DNA of 43,009 bases from an uncultured Piscirickettsiaceae bacterium (GTDB taxonomy: Bacteria; Pseudomonadota; Gammaproteobacteria; PS1; Pseudothioglobaceae): assembly GCA_964603245.1 (NCBI GenBank), contig CAZRUL010000006.1:1-43009 (forward strand), written 5' to 3'. Position numbers and translations under genes: made by a program. A model generated the notes under the pieces. The model worked only from the letters and a program-made list of their open reading frames with translations. It was not told the DNA's origin and did no database searches. Below, piece by piece: positions 17,492 to 26,396 of the stretch; position 1 is the stretch's first letter, and each line of letters starts with the position of its first letter.

Positions 17492-18466
17492 CTAAACTAA
17501 TTGCCACATATAAAAACCAAATATGGCGACTAATATGCCACCCTCAAACCGATTGATTGAGCTGGTTTTGCTAAATTTATAAGAGACGAAAAACAAAACA
17601 ACGGTGAGCAACAACATAATCGGATAATCGCGCTGCATAATATCGCTGGGAATATTTGCAGGATGAATCATCGCTGGAATCGCCAGCACTGCCAACGTGT
17701 TGAATAAATTAGAGCCGATAATATTGCCCAAAACCATCTCGTGTTTGCCCTTCAAAGCACTGGTAATTGACACCGCCAGTTCGGGCAAACTGGTGCCGAG
17801 CGCAATCACCGTTAAGCCAATAATTAAATCCGACACGCCAAATGCAAGTGCTAAACTTGAGCCACCCCACACCACCAATTTTGCGCTGGAAATCAGCATA
17901 ATTAAACTGAATGTCAGCATTATCCAAGTTTTTCTTGCCTGTGTTTTGCCTGTGTTTTTGTTTATATTTTTATCTGTATTTTGACCGAAATCATCTAATT
18001 CTGTGTGATCGTGTTTGGATTGTTTGAAAACGTAAATTAAAAATGCAATTAAAAGTGAGAACAAAATCAGCCCGTCAAACTCGCCCAAATGTTGATCCCA
18101 CAGCAATCCGCCCGCGATTATCGTGACCAGCATTAAAAATAACCATTCTTTTTTTAAAATTGTTTGATTGACTTTGAGCGGCACAATCAGCGCGCTCACG
18201 CCCAGCACTAGGGCAATGTTAAAAATATTTGAACCAATCGCATTGCCAATGCTCAACTCGGTTTTGCCATTCATTGACGCAAACACAGACACCATCATTT
18301 CGGGTGCGGAAGTGCCAAAACCAAAAATCACAATGCCAATAATAAAGGGCGAGATTTTAAAAATATTGGCAATTTTGGTGCCGCTGTCGCTGAATTTATC
18401 CGAGCTCCAAATCAGCAACACAAAGCCCGAGATTAGTGCAACAATCGGCAATAGAATGGTTATCAT
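17492..18466 (-). CDS. yrbG: CaCA-family Na+/Ca2+ (cation) antiporter, YrbG-like
   Basis: Has two alpha-repeat motifs (GFGTSAPEM and ALGTSLPEL) in a roughly 10-TM protein. I prefer the ATG at 18464-18466 (MITILLPIVAL...) to the track start at 18511. Confidence 0.8.
   Translation of the reverse strand: MITILLPIVALISGFVLLIWSSDKFSDSGTKIANIFKISPFIIGIVIFGFGTSAPEMMVSVFASMNGKTELSIGNAIGSNIFNIALVLGVSALIVPLKVNQTILKKEWLFLMLVTIIAGGLLWDQHLGEFDGLILFSLLIAFLIYVFKQSKHDHTELDDFGQNTDKNINKNTGKTQARKTWIMLTFSLIMLISSAKLVVWGGSSLALAFGVSDLIIGLTVIALGTSLPELAVSITSALKGKHEMVLGNIIGSNLFNTLAVLAIPAMIHPANIPSDIMQRDYPIMLLLTVVLFFVSYKFSKTSSINRFEGGILVAIFGFYMWQLV
17935..17956 (-). repeat. Perfect tandem 11-mer inside the antiporter central loop
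   Basis: Plus strand ttgcctgtgtt x2 (17935-17945, 17946-17956). On the coding (minus) strand it is A+C-rich (aacacaggcaa x2). It encodes part of the loop NINKNTGKTQARK. Confidence 0.9.
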
Positions 18467-18517
18467 AACTTTTTTCGTAAAAACTTGCGCTATTATAAAG
18501 GCATACACCAAAAAAAT

Positions 18518-19240
18518 ATGAGTGAGACAGAATTTTTAATAGGGCATCGCGGTTTGACACTTGAGCCGAATTTTTATCCCGAGGGTTTGCCTAAAACGTG
18601 GCGACTGGATTATTATTCCACCCAATTTCAAGCCGTGGTTTTGCCGATTTTTGGGGGATTAAATCAGCGAGATTTGGCGCAAATTTTTGCTGATTTGGAG
18701 GACGAGGACGATTTTGAATTGGTGCTGTCCATTGCGCAAACCGATTTAAACGACGCTGATAAATTAACTCAAATTTTGGCGCAGGTGGCAAACTATCGGC
18801 GTCAATTTACTTTGTGGGCGCAAGTGGATGTTGCCCCCGCTCCCGAAATTTTGGCGCAACTTGAGGGTTATCGGCTGTGTTTTCAATCCGCGCAACAGTT
18901 GGATTTTCATCCCCTAAATTTGCGTGAAAAATCCGCAGCGGGACAGGTTTTGTCTTTTAATCAGCGCGCAATTTTTGTGGCAAATGCGCTGCCGTCAATA
19001 CAAAATTTATCGCAAAATTCAGTAAAAAACACCGCGCAAAATTCAAAGAAAAATCCAGAAAAAAACACCGCGCAAACCAGCCAAAATAATGCCTCTGTGG
19101 TGGTGGGAAATGAGGCAAAAATCCGCACGTATTTGGAACAAATTGCCCAAATTAACACCCCGACAGTGCTTATTTTTCCAGATTTAATCAGCCGAGATTT
19201 ACGCGCGATTCGCACCATTTCAGAGTTGCTAGGATTTTGA
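18518..19240 (+). CDS. Hypothetical protein, distant DUF72 (YecE-like) resemblance
   Basis: 240 aa from the ATG at 18518. Segments WRLDYYSTQFQAVVLP, DDFELVLSI and YLEQIAQINTPTVLIFPD align by eye with E. coli YecE (EYARHFNCVEGN.., DDFRFCFKFP, LQKLAQWHQTTTPYLFLHTPD). A Q/N/K/S low-complexity insert is present. The call is tentative. Confidence 0.5.
   Translation: MSETEFLIGHRGLTLEPNFYPEGLPKTWRLDYYSTQFQAVVLPIFGGLNQRDLAQIFADLEDEDDFELVLSIAQTDLNDADKLTQILAQVANYRRQFTLWAQVDVAPAPEILAQLEGYRLCFQSAQQLDFHPLNLREKSAAGQVLSFNQRAIFVANALPSIQNLSQNSVKNTAQNSKKNPEKNTAQTSQNNASVVVGNEAKIRTYLEQIAQINTPTVLIFPDLISRDLRAIRTISELLGF
19024..19076 (+). repeat. In-frame A+C-rich 36-nt-period repeat inside the DUF72-like ORF
   Basis: The 17-mer aaaaaacaccgcgcaaa occurs at 19024-19040 and 19060-19076, 36 nt apart. 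It encodes KNTAQNSKKNPE / KNTAQTSQNNAS. Confidence 0.9.
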
Positions 19241-19971
19241 ACATTCTGCTCACACGTCCGCTGGCACAAGTCAAATCCTTAGAAAATTTGATCAAACAAC
19301 AAGGGCATTGCGCGCTGCTTTTTCCCACTTTATGGGTCAAATCGTTGAATGCTGAGCCGCGCGATTCACAATACGACGCGATTATTTTTATCAGTGCAAA
19401 TGCGGTGATTTATGGCTTGAAAGCGTTGAGAACAGTGGATTTGCGCGCGACTAAAATTTTTGCAGTGGGTGCGGCGACTGCCCAAAAATTAACCGATTGT
19501 GGCGTGGCAGTGACGGATTTTCCCAAACACAAAGCCTCTAGTTTGGCGTTGTTAAAATTAGCGTCGATGCGTCAGTTGTGCGCGCAAAATATTTTGATTG
19601 TCAGAGGAAAAGGCGGGGTGGAGACGCTCAAAATTGCTCTGTTGAAACAACACAACACGATTGAATATCTTGAGGCGTATGAGCGTATTCCTTGTCGGCT
19701 GGCCGCGCATCATCGCACCGCGCTAAATCAGTTTTTGGACAGTGATAACGGCGTTTTGACGATGACGAGTGTGGAGAGTTTGACGGCATTTGTAGAGATG
19801 GTGGCTTTTCTCAAACCAGAATTGATGCGTCGTTTGTTGAATTATCCGCTGATTGTGCTGAGCGCGCGCATTCAAACGCGTGCAAATTTGTTGGGTTTTG
19901 GGCAGGTTTTGGTGGCACCGAAAACGGGTGATGACGGCATTTTACAAGCACTCAAGCGACTGATAGAATAA
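19237..19971 (+). CDS. hemD: Uroporphyrinogen-III synthase
   Basis: 244 aa. The N-terminus (M)NILLTRPLAQ resembles E. coli HemD MSILVTRP. The start is TTG at 19237, overlapping the preceding stop (TTGA). Confidence 0.8.
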   Translation: MNILLTRPLAQVKSLENLIKQQGHCALLFPTLWVKSLNAEPRDSQYDAIIFISANAVIYGLKALRTVDLRATKIFAVGAATAQKLTDCGVAVTDFPKHKASSLALLKLASMRQLCAQNILIVRGKGGVETLKIALLKQHNTIEYLEAYERIPCRLAAHHRTALNQFLDSDNGVLTMTSVESLTAFVEMVAFLKPELMRRLLNYPLIVLSARIQTRANLLGFGQVLVAPKTGDDGILQALKRLIE

Positions 19972-20011
19972 GTCCAGTTGAGGTATTTTTTGAGATAAAA
20001 AACAGGGGAGA

Positions 20012-20458
20012 ATGATGGTTAAAATCAGCGTTTCAAAAGCGGCGCGGATGTTGGGCGTGGGTCGGCGCGCACTGCAAAAGCAAATCAATTCTGGCAAGTT
20101 GCAATCGTATGAAGGCTATATTACGATTGACAGTTTGCGTCTGGCGTATCCAAATATGCGGTGTGATTCTGAGTTGGACAAGCGGATTGAAAGAATGCAA
20201 CAGATTAAAAATGATGCAGTTTTGAAAGCCAGTGTTTGTGATAATTTACTGACCAAAAATGAGCAGGCATTGATGCAGACAATTGACAAACTCAAATCAG
20301 AAATAGAATTTGAGCATCAGAAAAATGTGCAACATCAAACCCTTTGGCGAGAATTAAATAAGCGTTTGAAAGGGCTGGAAGCACCGAGCGACGACACTCG
20401 TGCACTGAGTCAATTGAAAAAATGGGCGTTGGGTGCGTTTAAATTATCTTCGGTGTGA
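20012..20458 (+). CDS. Helix-turn-helix (excisionase/MerR-like HTH_17) protein with C-terminal coiled coil
   Basis: 148 aa. The N-terminus ISVSKAARMLGVGRRALQKQINSGKL looks like an HTH. The remainder is charged and heptad-like (QALMQTIDKLKSEIEFEHQKNVQHQ). SD ggggag lies upstream. Confidence 0.55.
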   Translation: MMVKISVSKAARMLGVGRRALQKQINSGKLQSYEGYITIDSLRLAYPNMRCDSELDKRIERMQQIKNDAVLKASVCDNLLTKNEQALMQTIDKLKSEIEFEHQKNVQHQTLWRELNKRLKGLEAPSDDTRALSQLKKWALGAFKLSSV

Positions 20459-20491
20459 AGTTTTGCAGTGCACAAAATGACAAAATTTGAA

Positions 20492-21319
20492 TTATAAAAC
20501 TTGTAATTGTTGTGCGAGTTTGAATGAGGGCGCGGCGCGATTTAGTGAATAAAAATGAAACTGATCCACGCCTTGATTTTTTAAGGTTTGACACAAATTC
20601 ATCACTACTTCTTCGCCAAATTTAGCCAGCGAATCCGCATCATTTTGATAATATTCCAATCGGGTCAAAATCCATCGCGGAATCTCAGCACCACACAAAT
20701 TGGAAAATCGCGTCAATTGTGTGTAATTTGTGATTGGCATAATTCCAGCCGTAATGGGAATATCCACGCCTAATTTGTGCACTTCGTCGCGAAAGCGAAA
20801 ATACCCCTCTGGATTGTAAAAATATTGGGTAATCGCGCCATCAGCGCCTGCTTTGACTTTATTCACAAAATGCGCCAAATCGCTGTGAATATTGTGCGCT
20901 TGCGGATGCATTTCTGGATAAGCGGCAACTTCAATGTGAAACGCGTTAGCGTAATGTGATTTGATAAATGCAACCAATTCGTTGGCGTATTTAAACGTGC
21001 CGATGGTTTGCGCGCCCAGTGGAATATCGCCTCTGATGACCACCAGCCGAGTGATGTCTTGGGTTTGATAATTATCCAACAAATGGATTAATTCGGATTT
21101 TTTAGAATGAATGCACGACAAATGTGGGGCAATCGGTGTGGCAAGCGTTTTGGTCAAATCTGCCACGGTGTTGCGTGTTGCCTCGGGTGTGGTGCCACCT
21201 GCGCCAAATGTGACAGAAAAATATTCGGGTTTGAGGGTGGCTAATTCGGTGCTGACTTGTTGCAGAGTTTGCCTGCCTTGCTCGGTTTTGGGCGGGAAAA
21301 ATTCAAAACTAATGTTCAT
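20492..21319 (-). CDS. metF: 5,10-methylenetetrahydrofolate reductase
   Basis: 275 aa. MNISFEFFPPKTEQG...YFSVTFGAGGTT...FYSLNR are typical MetF motifs. Confidence 0.9.
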   Translation of the reverse strand: MNISFEFFPPKTEQGRQTLQQVSTELATLKPEYFSVTFGAGGTTPEATRNTVADLTKTLATPIAPHLSCIHSKKSELIHLLDNYQTQDITRLVVIRGDIPLGAQTIGTFKYANELVAFIKSHYANAFHIEVAAYPEMHPQAHNIHSDLAHFVNKVKAGADGAITQYFYNPEGYFRFRDEVHKLGVDIPITAGIMPITNYTQLTRFSNLCGAEIPRWILTRLEYYQNDADSLAKFGEEVVMNLCQTLKNQGVDQFHFYSLNRAAPSFKLAQQLQVL

Positions 21320-21385
21320 TATTCTATCAATGGCTCATCAAAAAAATAGCGTTATTATAGCGTTTGTCGGGCGGATGAGAGTTTT

Positions 21386-21414
21386 TTGCTGATTGAATAA
21401 CAATCGGGTAAAAT
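21386..21414 (+). promoter_or_regulatory. Candidate sigma70 promoter for infA
   Basis: ttgctg (21386-21391), a 17-nt spacer, then taaaat (21409-21414), about 37 nt upstream of the infA ATG. This is a motif match only. Confidence 0.3.
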
Positions 21415-21450
21415 GCGCTGGTTTTATCTTGTGCGAGACAATACATACTG

Positions 21451-21669
21451 ATGTCAAAAAGTGATTATATTGAGTTGGAAGGCGTGGTCAAAGAAAAATT
21501 ACCGAACACAACTTTTACGGTTGAGTTGGAAAATGGACACAGCGTTTTAGCGCATATTTCTGGCAAAATTCGCAAACATTATATTCGGATTTTGCCAGGC
21601 GATAAAGTCACCGTAGAAATGACACCCTACGATTTGAGCAAAGGGCGTATTACTTTTAGACACAAATAG
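21451..21669 (+). CDS. infA: Translation initiation factor IF-1
   Basis: 72 aa. [64 protein letters not shown] is a near-canonical IF-1. Confidence 0.95.
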   Translation: MSKSDYIELEGVVKEKLPNTTFTVELENGHSVLAHISGKIRKHYIRILPGDKVTVEMTPYDLSKGRITFRHK

Positions 21670-21679
21670 TTTTTTTTTT

Positions 21680-21766
21680 GCCGATGTGGTGGAATTGGTA
21701 GACACGCTGGATTCAAAATCCAGTTCCTTTACGGGAGTGACGGTTCGACCCCGTCCATCGGTACCA
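21680..21766 (+). tRNA. tRNA-Leu (anticodon CAA)
   Basis: Hand-folded. Acceptor GCCGATG/CATCGGT, anticodon stem CTGGA/TCCAG with loop TTCAAAA, a long variable arm, T-arm GGTTCGACCCC and encoded CCA. Starts 11 nt after the infA stop. Confidence 0.9.
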
Positions 21767-21936
21767 TTTAATTGATCAGTTTTAGAGCGCGTAGCATTTT
21801 GAAAAATTGGAGCAAAATCCATTAAAAACGTTTTAAAAATCGGGCATAATTTTTTTGATAAAGCCTTTGAAATACAGGGTTTTAAACATTACAACCCCGT
21901 TCTTTCCGTCTCAAAAATTAATAGCGAGCATATGTG

Positions 21937-22170
21937 ATGGAGCAAACCTCTCTTTTAGCACAGGCAATTAATCTGACCTATTTTGGGATGGGTTTTGTGT
22001 TTTTATTTTTACTGTTGCTGGTATTTATCACTAAGTTAATGTCGGTGATTATTCAAAAAATACATCACCAAAAAACCAACACTACCAAAAATTTATATTT
22101 GGGCGATGAATTGGATGAAGAGGCAAAATTTGTGATTGAACAAGCCATTAAGATGCACCGAGGATTATAA
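21937..22170 (+). CDS. oadG: Oxaloacetate decarboxylase gamma subunit
   Basis: Small protein with a single N-terminal TM (LTYFGMGFVFLFLLLLVFITKLM) directly abutting oadA. ATG at 21937 is preferred over the GTG at 21934. Confidence 0.7.
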   Translation: MEQTSLLAQAINLTYFGMGFVFLFLLLLVFITKLMSVIIQKIHHQKTNTTKNLYLGDELDEEAKFVIEQAIKMHRGL

Positions 22171-24030
22171 ATGATTGATTTTTTAAAAAATATTACGCAG
22201 CCTGTTCGGATTCAGAAAAAAACAGTGGGCATCACTGAGCTGGTTTTGCGAGACGCGCATCAGTCGTTATTTGCCACCAGAATGCGGATTGATGATATGT
22301 TGCCGATTGCCGATAAGTTGGACAAAATCGGTTATTGGTCGGTTGAATCTTGGGGTGGTGCGACATTTGATGCGTGCATTCGGTATTTGGGCGAAGACCC
22401 GTGGGAGCGGATTCGTGAGATTAAAAAAGTGATGCCCAAAACCCCGCAACAAATGCTCCTCCGAGGGCAAAATTTGTTGGGCTATCGGCATTACGGCGAT
22501 GATGTGGTGCGCAAATTTGTGGATCAATGCGTGGAAAATGGCATCAACGTGTTTCGTATTTTTGATGCACTCAACGATGTGCGTAATTTAAAAACTGCCA
22601 TTGATCAAACCATTCACACAGGGCAACACGCGCAAGGCACCATTTCTTATACGGTGAGCCCTGTGCATACGGTGGCGTTGTGGGTGGATCTTGCCAAACA
22701 AATTGAGGATATGGGCGCGCATTCGTTGTGTATCAAAGATATGGCGGGATTGTTGCAGCCTTATGTGGCGTATGAATTAATCACCAAACTCAAGGCAGCG
22801 ATTGACATTCCGATTCAATTGCACGCGCACGCCACCACGGGGCTTTCCACTGCCACGATTCTCAAAGCAGTTGAGGCAGGAGTGGATCGAGTGGATACTT
22901 CAATCGGCTCAATGAGTATGACTTATGGGCATTCCGCCACAAATTCGGTGGTGTCTATTTTGGATCACGGCCCGCGCAAGACTGGGCTGAAGATGGAAAA
23001 ATTAGAAGAGATTGACGTGTATTTTAGAAAAATACGCAAAAAATACGCGCAGTTTGAAGGCTCGTTGCGCGGTGTAGATTCGCGTATTTTGTTGTCTCAA
23101 GTGCCGGGCGGAATGCTCACAAATATGGAAAGTCAGTTGCGCGAGCAAAATGCAGCCCATCGGATGGATGAGGTTTTGTTAGAAATCCCGCGTGTGCGCA
23201 AAGATTTAGGCTACATTCCACTGGTGACGCCGACTTCGCAAATTGTCGGCACTCAATCGGTTTTAAATGTATTAACAGGCGAGCGTTACAAAACAATTAC
23301 CAAAGAAGTTTCGGGCATTTTAAAAGGCGAATATGGCGCCACGCCTGCGCCAGTGGATGCAGCCCTGCAAGCCAAAGCGTTGGAATTATCCGCGTCCGAG
23401 CAGATTACGTGCCGACCCGCAGATTGTATTGCGCCAGAAATGCAACGACTGGAAGAAGAATTTGAGATGATGGTGGCTGAAAAATCCATCATTTTATCAG
23501 CGCACAAAATAGACGATTTTTTGACCTATGTGCTGTTTCCGCAGGTTGGCGCACTTTTCTTGCAAAATCGCAATAATCCTGATTTTTTTGAATCCGACCC
23601 ACAGCCCACAGATTGTGTTGAAAGTAGAAGTGGTGAAGGCACTTATATTGTCTCTTTCAAGGGCAGTGCGTATTCTGTGCAGGTGTCTGATGATGGGGAA
23701 ATTGATTCCATCAGCATTGCATCAGACGACAAAAAATCTTTGAAAGCCAAACTAAAACCCACTCAAAACCAATCAAAATCGGCAGAAAATGCCGCGGGCA
23801 GCACAGAAACCGTTAAAGATAAAACCATCAGCGCGCCGTTGTCGGGCAATATTTGGCAAATATTAGTTGAGCCAGAGCAAGAAATTGCCGAGGGCGATGT
23901 GTTGCTGATTTTGGAGGCGATGAAAATGGAGACCGAAATCAGGGCAAATCAAAGCGGCGTGGTGGAGAGCATCAGCATCAAAGCAGGCGATAGCGTGAGT
24001 GTCGGACAGACTTTATTAGTATTGCGCTAA
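22171..24030 (+). CDS. oadA: Oxaloacetate decarboxylase alpha subunit (carboxyltransferase + biotinyl domain)
   Basis: 619 aa. Has an N-terminal carboxyltransferase TIM barrel (LRDAHQSL...), a long low-complexity linker and a C-terminal biotin attachment motif EAMKMET. Confidence 0.9.
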   Translation: MIDFLKNITQPVRIQKKTVGITELVLRDAHQSLFATRMRIDDMLPIADKLDKIGYWSVESWGGATFDACIRYLGEDPWERIREIKKVMPKTPQQMLLRGQNLLGYRHYGDDVVRKFVDQCVENGINVFRIFDALNDVRNLKTAIDQTIHTGQHAQGTISYTVSPVHTVALWVDLAKQIEDMGAHSLCIKDMAGLLQPYVAYELITKLKAAIDIPIQLHAHATTGLSTATILKAVEAGVDRVDTSIGSMSMTYGHSATNSVVSILDHGPRKTGLKMEKLEEIDVYFRKIRKKYAQFEGSLRGVDSRILLSQVPGGMLTNMESQLREQNAAHRMDEVLLEIPRVRKDLGYIPLVTPTSQIVGTQSVLNVLTGERYKTITKEVSGILKGEYGATPAPVDAALQAKALELSASEQITCRPADCIAPEMQRLEEEFEMMVAEKSIILSAHKIDDFLTYVLFPQVGALFLQNRNNPDFFESDPQPTDCVESRSGEGTYIVSFKGSAYSVQVSDDGEIDSISIASDDKKSLKAKLKPTQNQSKSAENAAGSTETVKDKTISAPLSGNIWQILVEPEQEIAEGDVLLILEAMKMETEIRANQSGVVESISIKAGDSVSVGQTLLVLR

Positions 24031-24081
24031 ACGATATTTGAGAAAACTCAGGTAGCAACCAAAAATTTTACTGCGAAAAAT

Positions 24082-25212
24082 ATGGAACAATTACACACAC
24101 TTTGGCTAAACACAGGTTTATACCAAATATCTTGGGGACAGGGCGTGATGCTGATTGTCGGTATGTTGCTGCTGTATTTGTCCATTGTTAAAAAGTTTGA
24201 GCCTTTGCTGCTGTTGCCGATTGGTTTTGGGGCGATTTTGAGCAATATTCCTGGGGCGGGCATTGCTGAGGGCAGCGGTATTTTGCATATTTTTTATGAA
24301 ATCGGCATTGAGTCTGGCGCCTTTCCTTTGATTATTTTTATGGGCGTTGGCGCGCTGACTGATTTTGGGCCGTTATTGGCAAATCCAAAAACGTTATTAT
24401 TGGGCGCAGCTGCTCAATTTGGGATTTTTGCCACATTGCTCGGTGCGGTGGGGCTGACGAGTATTGGCGTGTTTGATTTTAGTCTGACAGACGCCGCTGC
24501 CATTGGCATTATTGGGGGTGCGGACGGGCCGACCAGTATTTATGTGGCGTCAAAATTAGCCCCTGATTTGCTCGGTGCAATTGCGGTGGCTTCGTATTCT
24601 TATATGGCATTGGTGCCGCTGATTCAGCCGCCGATTATGCGTGCATTGACGACTCAAAAAGAGCGCGTCATAGAAATGGTGCAATGTCGGGAAGTGTCAA
24701 AAACCGAAAAAATCATTTTCCCCATTCTTTTGCTGCTGCTGGTGGCGTTGTTATTGCCTGACGCAGCGCCGTTATTGGGAATGTTTACGTTTGGCAATTT
24801 GATGAAAGAATCAGGCGTGGTGGATCGTTTGAGCGACACTGTGCAAAATGCGCTAATCAACATTGTCACCATCTTTTTGGGATTGGCAGTCGGCTCAAAA
24901 CTGATGGCGGATACATTTTTGCAATTGGACACGTTGGGGATTTTGTTGTTGGGAATGGTGGCATTTTCGATTGGCACGGCGTGTGGTTTGCTGATGGCAA
25001 AATTGATGAATGTTTTTAGCAAGCACAAAATCAATCCTTTGATTGGCTCAGCGGGCGTTTCAGCAGTGCCGATGGCAGCGCGCGTTTCCAATAAAGTTGG
25101 ACTAGAATCCAATCCGCACAACTTTTTATTGATGCACGCAATGGGTCCGAATGTGGCAGGTGTGATTGGCTCGGCGATTGCTGCTGGGATTATGATTCAA
25201 TTTTTGAGTTAA
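24082..25212 (+). CDS. oadB: Oxaloacetate decarboxylase beta subunit (Na+ pump)
   Basis: 376 aa polytopic membrane protein. OadB/GcdB-like motifs GADGPTSIY and [12 protein letters not shown]. Confidence 0.9.
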   Translation: MEQLHTLWLNTGLYQISWGQGVMLIVGMLLLYLSIVKKFEPLLLLPIGFGAILSNIPGAGIAEGSGILHIFYEIGIESGAFPLIIFMGVGALTDFGPLLANPKTLLLGAAAQFGIFATLLGAVGLTSIGVFDFSLTDAAAIGIIGGADGPTSIYVASKLAPDLLGAIAVASYSYMALVPLIQPPIMRALTTQKERVIEMVQCREVSKTEKIIFPILLLLLVALLLPDAAPLLGMFTFGNLMKESGVVDRLSDTVQNALINIVTIFLGLAVGSKLMADTFLQLDTLGILLLGMVAFSIGTACGLLMAKLMNVFSKHKINPLIGSAGVSAVPMAARVSNKVGLESNPHNFLLMHAMGPNVAGVIGSAIAAGIMIQFLS

Positions 25213-25219
25213 GGTTGAG

Positions 25220-25588
25220 ATGCGCCGCACTTTTTTAAAAGCCAAACTGCACCGAGTTAGCGCAACTGCTTGTGAAGTGAGTTATGAAGGATCTTGCGAA
25301 ATTGACGGGGTTTTGCTGGACGCAGCAGGCATTCGTGCCTTTGAACAAATTCACATTTACGACATTAATAATGGCAATCGTTTTAGCACGTATGCGATTC
25401 GCGGTCGGGACAATTCGGGTGTGATTTCTGTCAATGGCGCTGCGGCGCACAAAGTCTCGGTGGGCGATTTGTTGATTATTGCGGCGTATGCGGATTACAA
25501 CGCTCAGGAATTAGAAAATTATGCGCCAGTGTTGTGTTATGTGGATGCGAGCAATACGCTCACTCAAATTAAATCTACGATTAAATAA
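25220..25588 (+). CDS. panD: Aspartate 1-decarboxylase (pyruvoyl-dependent)
   Basis: 122 aa. KAKLHRVSATACEVSYEGSCEID contains the Gly-Ser self-cleavage site. Starts 7 nt after the oadB stop. Confidence 0.9.
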   Translation: MRRTFLKAKLHRVSATACEVSYEGSCEIDGVLLDAAGIRAFEQIHIYDINNGNRFSTYAIRGRDNSGVISVNGAAAHKVSVGDLLIIAAYADYNAQELENYAPVLCYVDASNTLTQIKSTIK

Positions 25589-25709
25589 GCATTTGAGGAT
25601 AGCGTTTAAGATTGTGCGCTGGTGTTTTTGAAGCGTTTTTTGCGCTTTAAATCATTGATTAAATCCCCTAAATTCACCCAATAATTGAGCCAACAATTCA
25701 CAAAAATAT

Positions 25710-26396
25710 TCAATCCAAATCCCGCAATTTCCCGTTTTCCAGTCTTAAAACACGCTGCATTTTTTGCGCAATTTTCTCGTCGTGCGTCACAATAATCAGC
25801 GCTGAATTTTGCATTTGATTGAGTGTAATCATCAGCGCCAACACCTCGCGCGCATTGTGCGCATCCAAACTGCCCGTGGGCTCATCAGCCAGCAAACAAC
25901 TCGGACTCGTCACCAAAGCACGCGCCACAGCAACGCGCTGACGCTCGCCCCCTGAGAGCTCGGAGGGCAGGTGATTGAGGCGATGCGCCAGCCCGATTTG
26001 TGTCAGCAATTTGGTGGATTTTTGCGCCGCTAGAAATTTGTGTTCGCCACGAATCAGCAACGGCATCGACACATTATCCAACACGCTAAAATCTTTTAAC
26101 AAATGATGAAATTGATACACAAAGCCAAAATGCTCGGCGCGAATTTGAGTGATTTGATTGTCATTGAGTGTATTTAGGCAGGTATTTTTGAACCAAATCT
26201 CGCCGTCGCTCGGCTGATCAATGCCGCCTAAAAGATTGAGCAGAGTGGATTTTCCGCAGCCAGATTGTCCCAAAATCGCGATAGATTCGCCCGATTGGAC
26301 GACTAAATTAAGCTGGCTTAAAATCGGCGTTTGCTGCTTTCCGTCCGCATAATGATAGTCCAAATTGCGACATTCAATCAGCGCTGGCACGATCAA
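25710..26396 (-). CDS. lolD: Lipoprotein-releasing ABC transporter ATP-binding protein
   Basis: 228 aa. Walker A GQSGCGKST, signature LSGGERQR and Walker B LLADEPTGSLD. Overlaps the upstream permease gene by 4 nt. Confidence 0.85.
   Translation of the reverse strand: MIVPALIECRNLDYHYADGKQQTPILSQLNLVVQSGESIAILGQSGCGKSTLLNLLGGIDQPSDGEIWFKNTCLNTLNDNQITQIRAEHFGFVYQFHHLLKDFSVLDNVSMPLLIRGEHKFLAAQKSTKLLTQIGLAHRLNHLPSELSGGERQRVAVARALVTSPSCLLADEPTGSLDAHNAREVLALMITLNQMQNSALIIVTHDEKIAQKMQRVLRLENGKLRDLD

Noticed and set aside
21320-21450. A riboswitch (SAH or SAM type) in the metF leader.
   Set aside because: Reading the minus-strand leader, I could not find the conserved SAH-element core or a convincing pseudoknot or multi-stem structure. 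There is only a short ctcatc/gatgag pairing. A covariance-model scan (Rfam) would be decisive.
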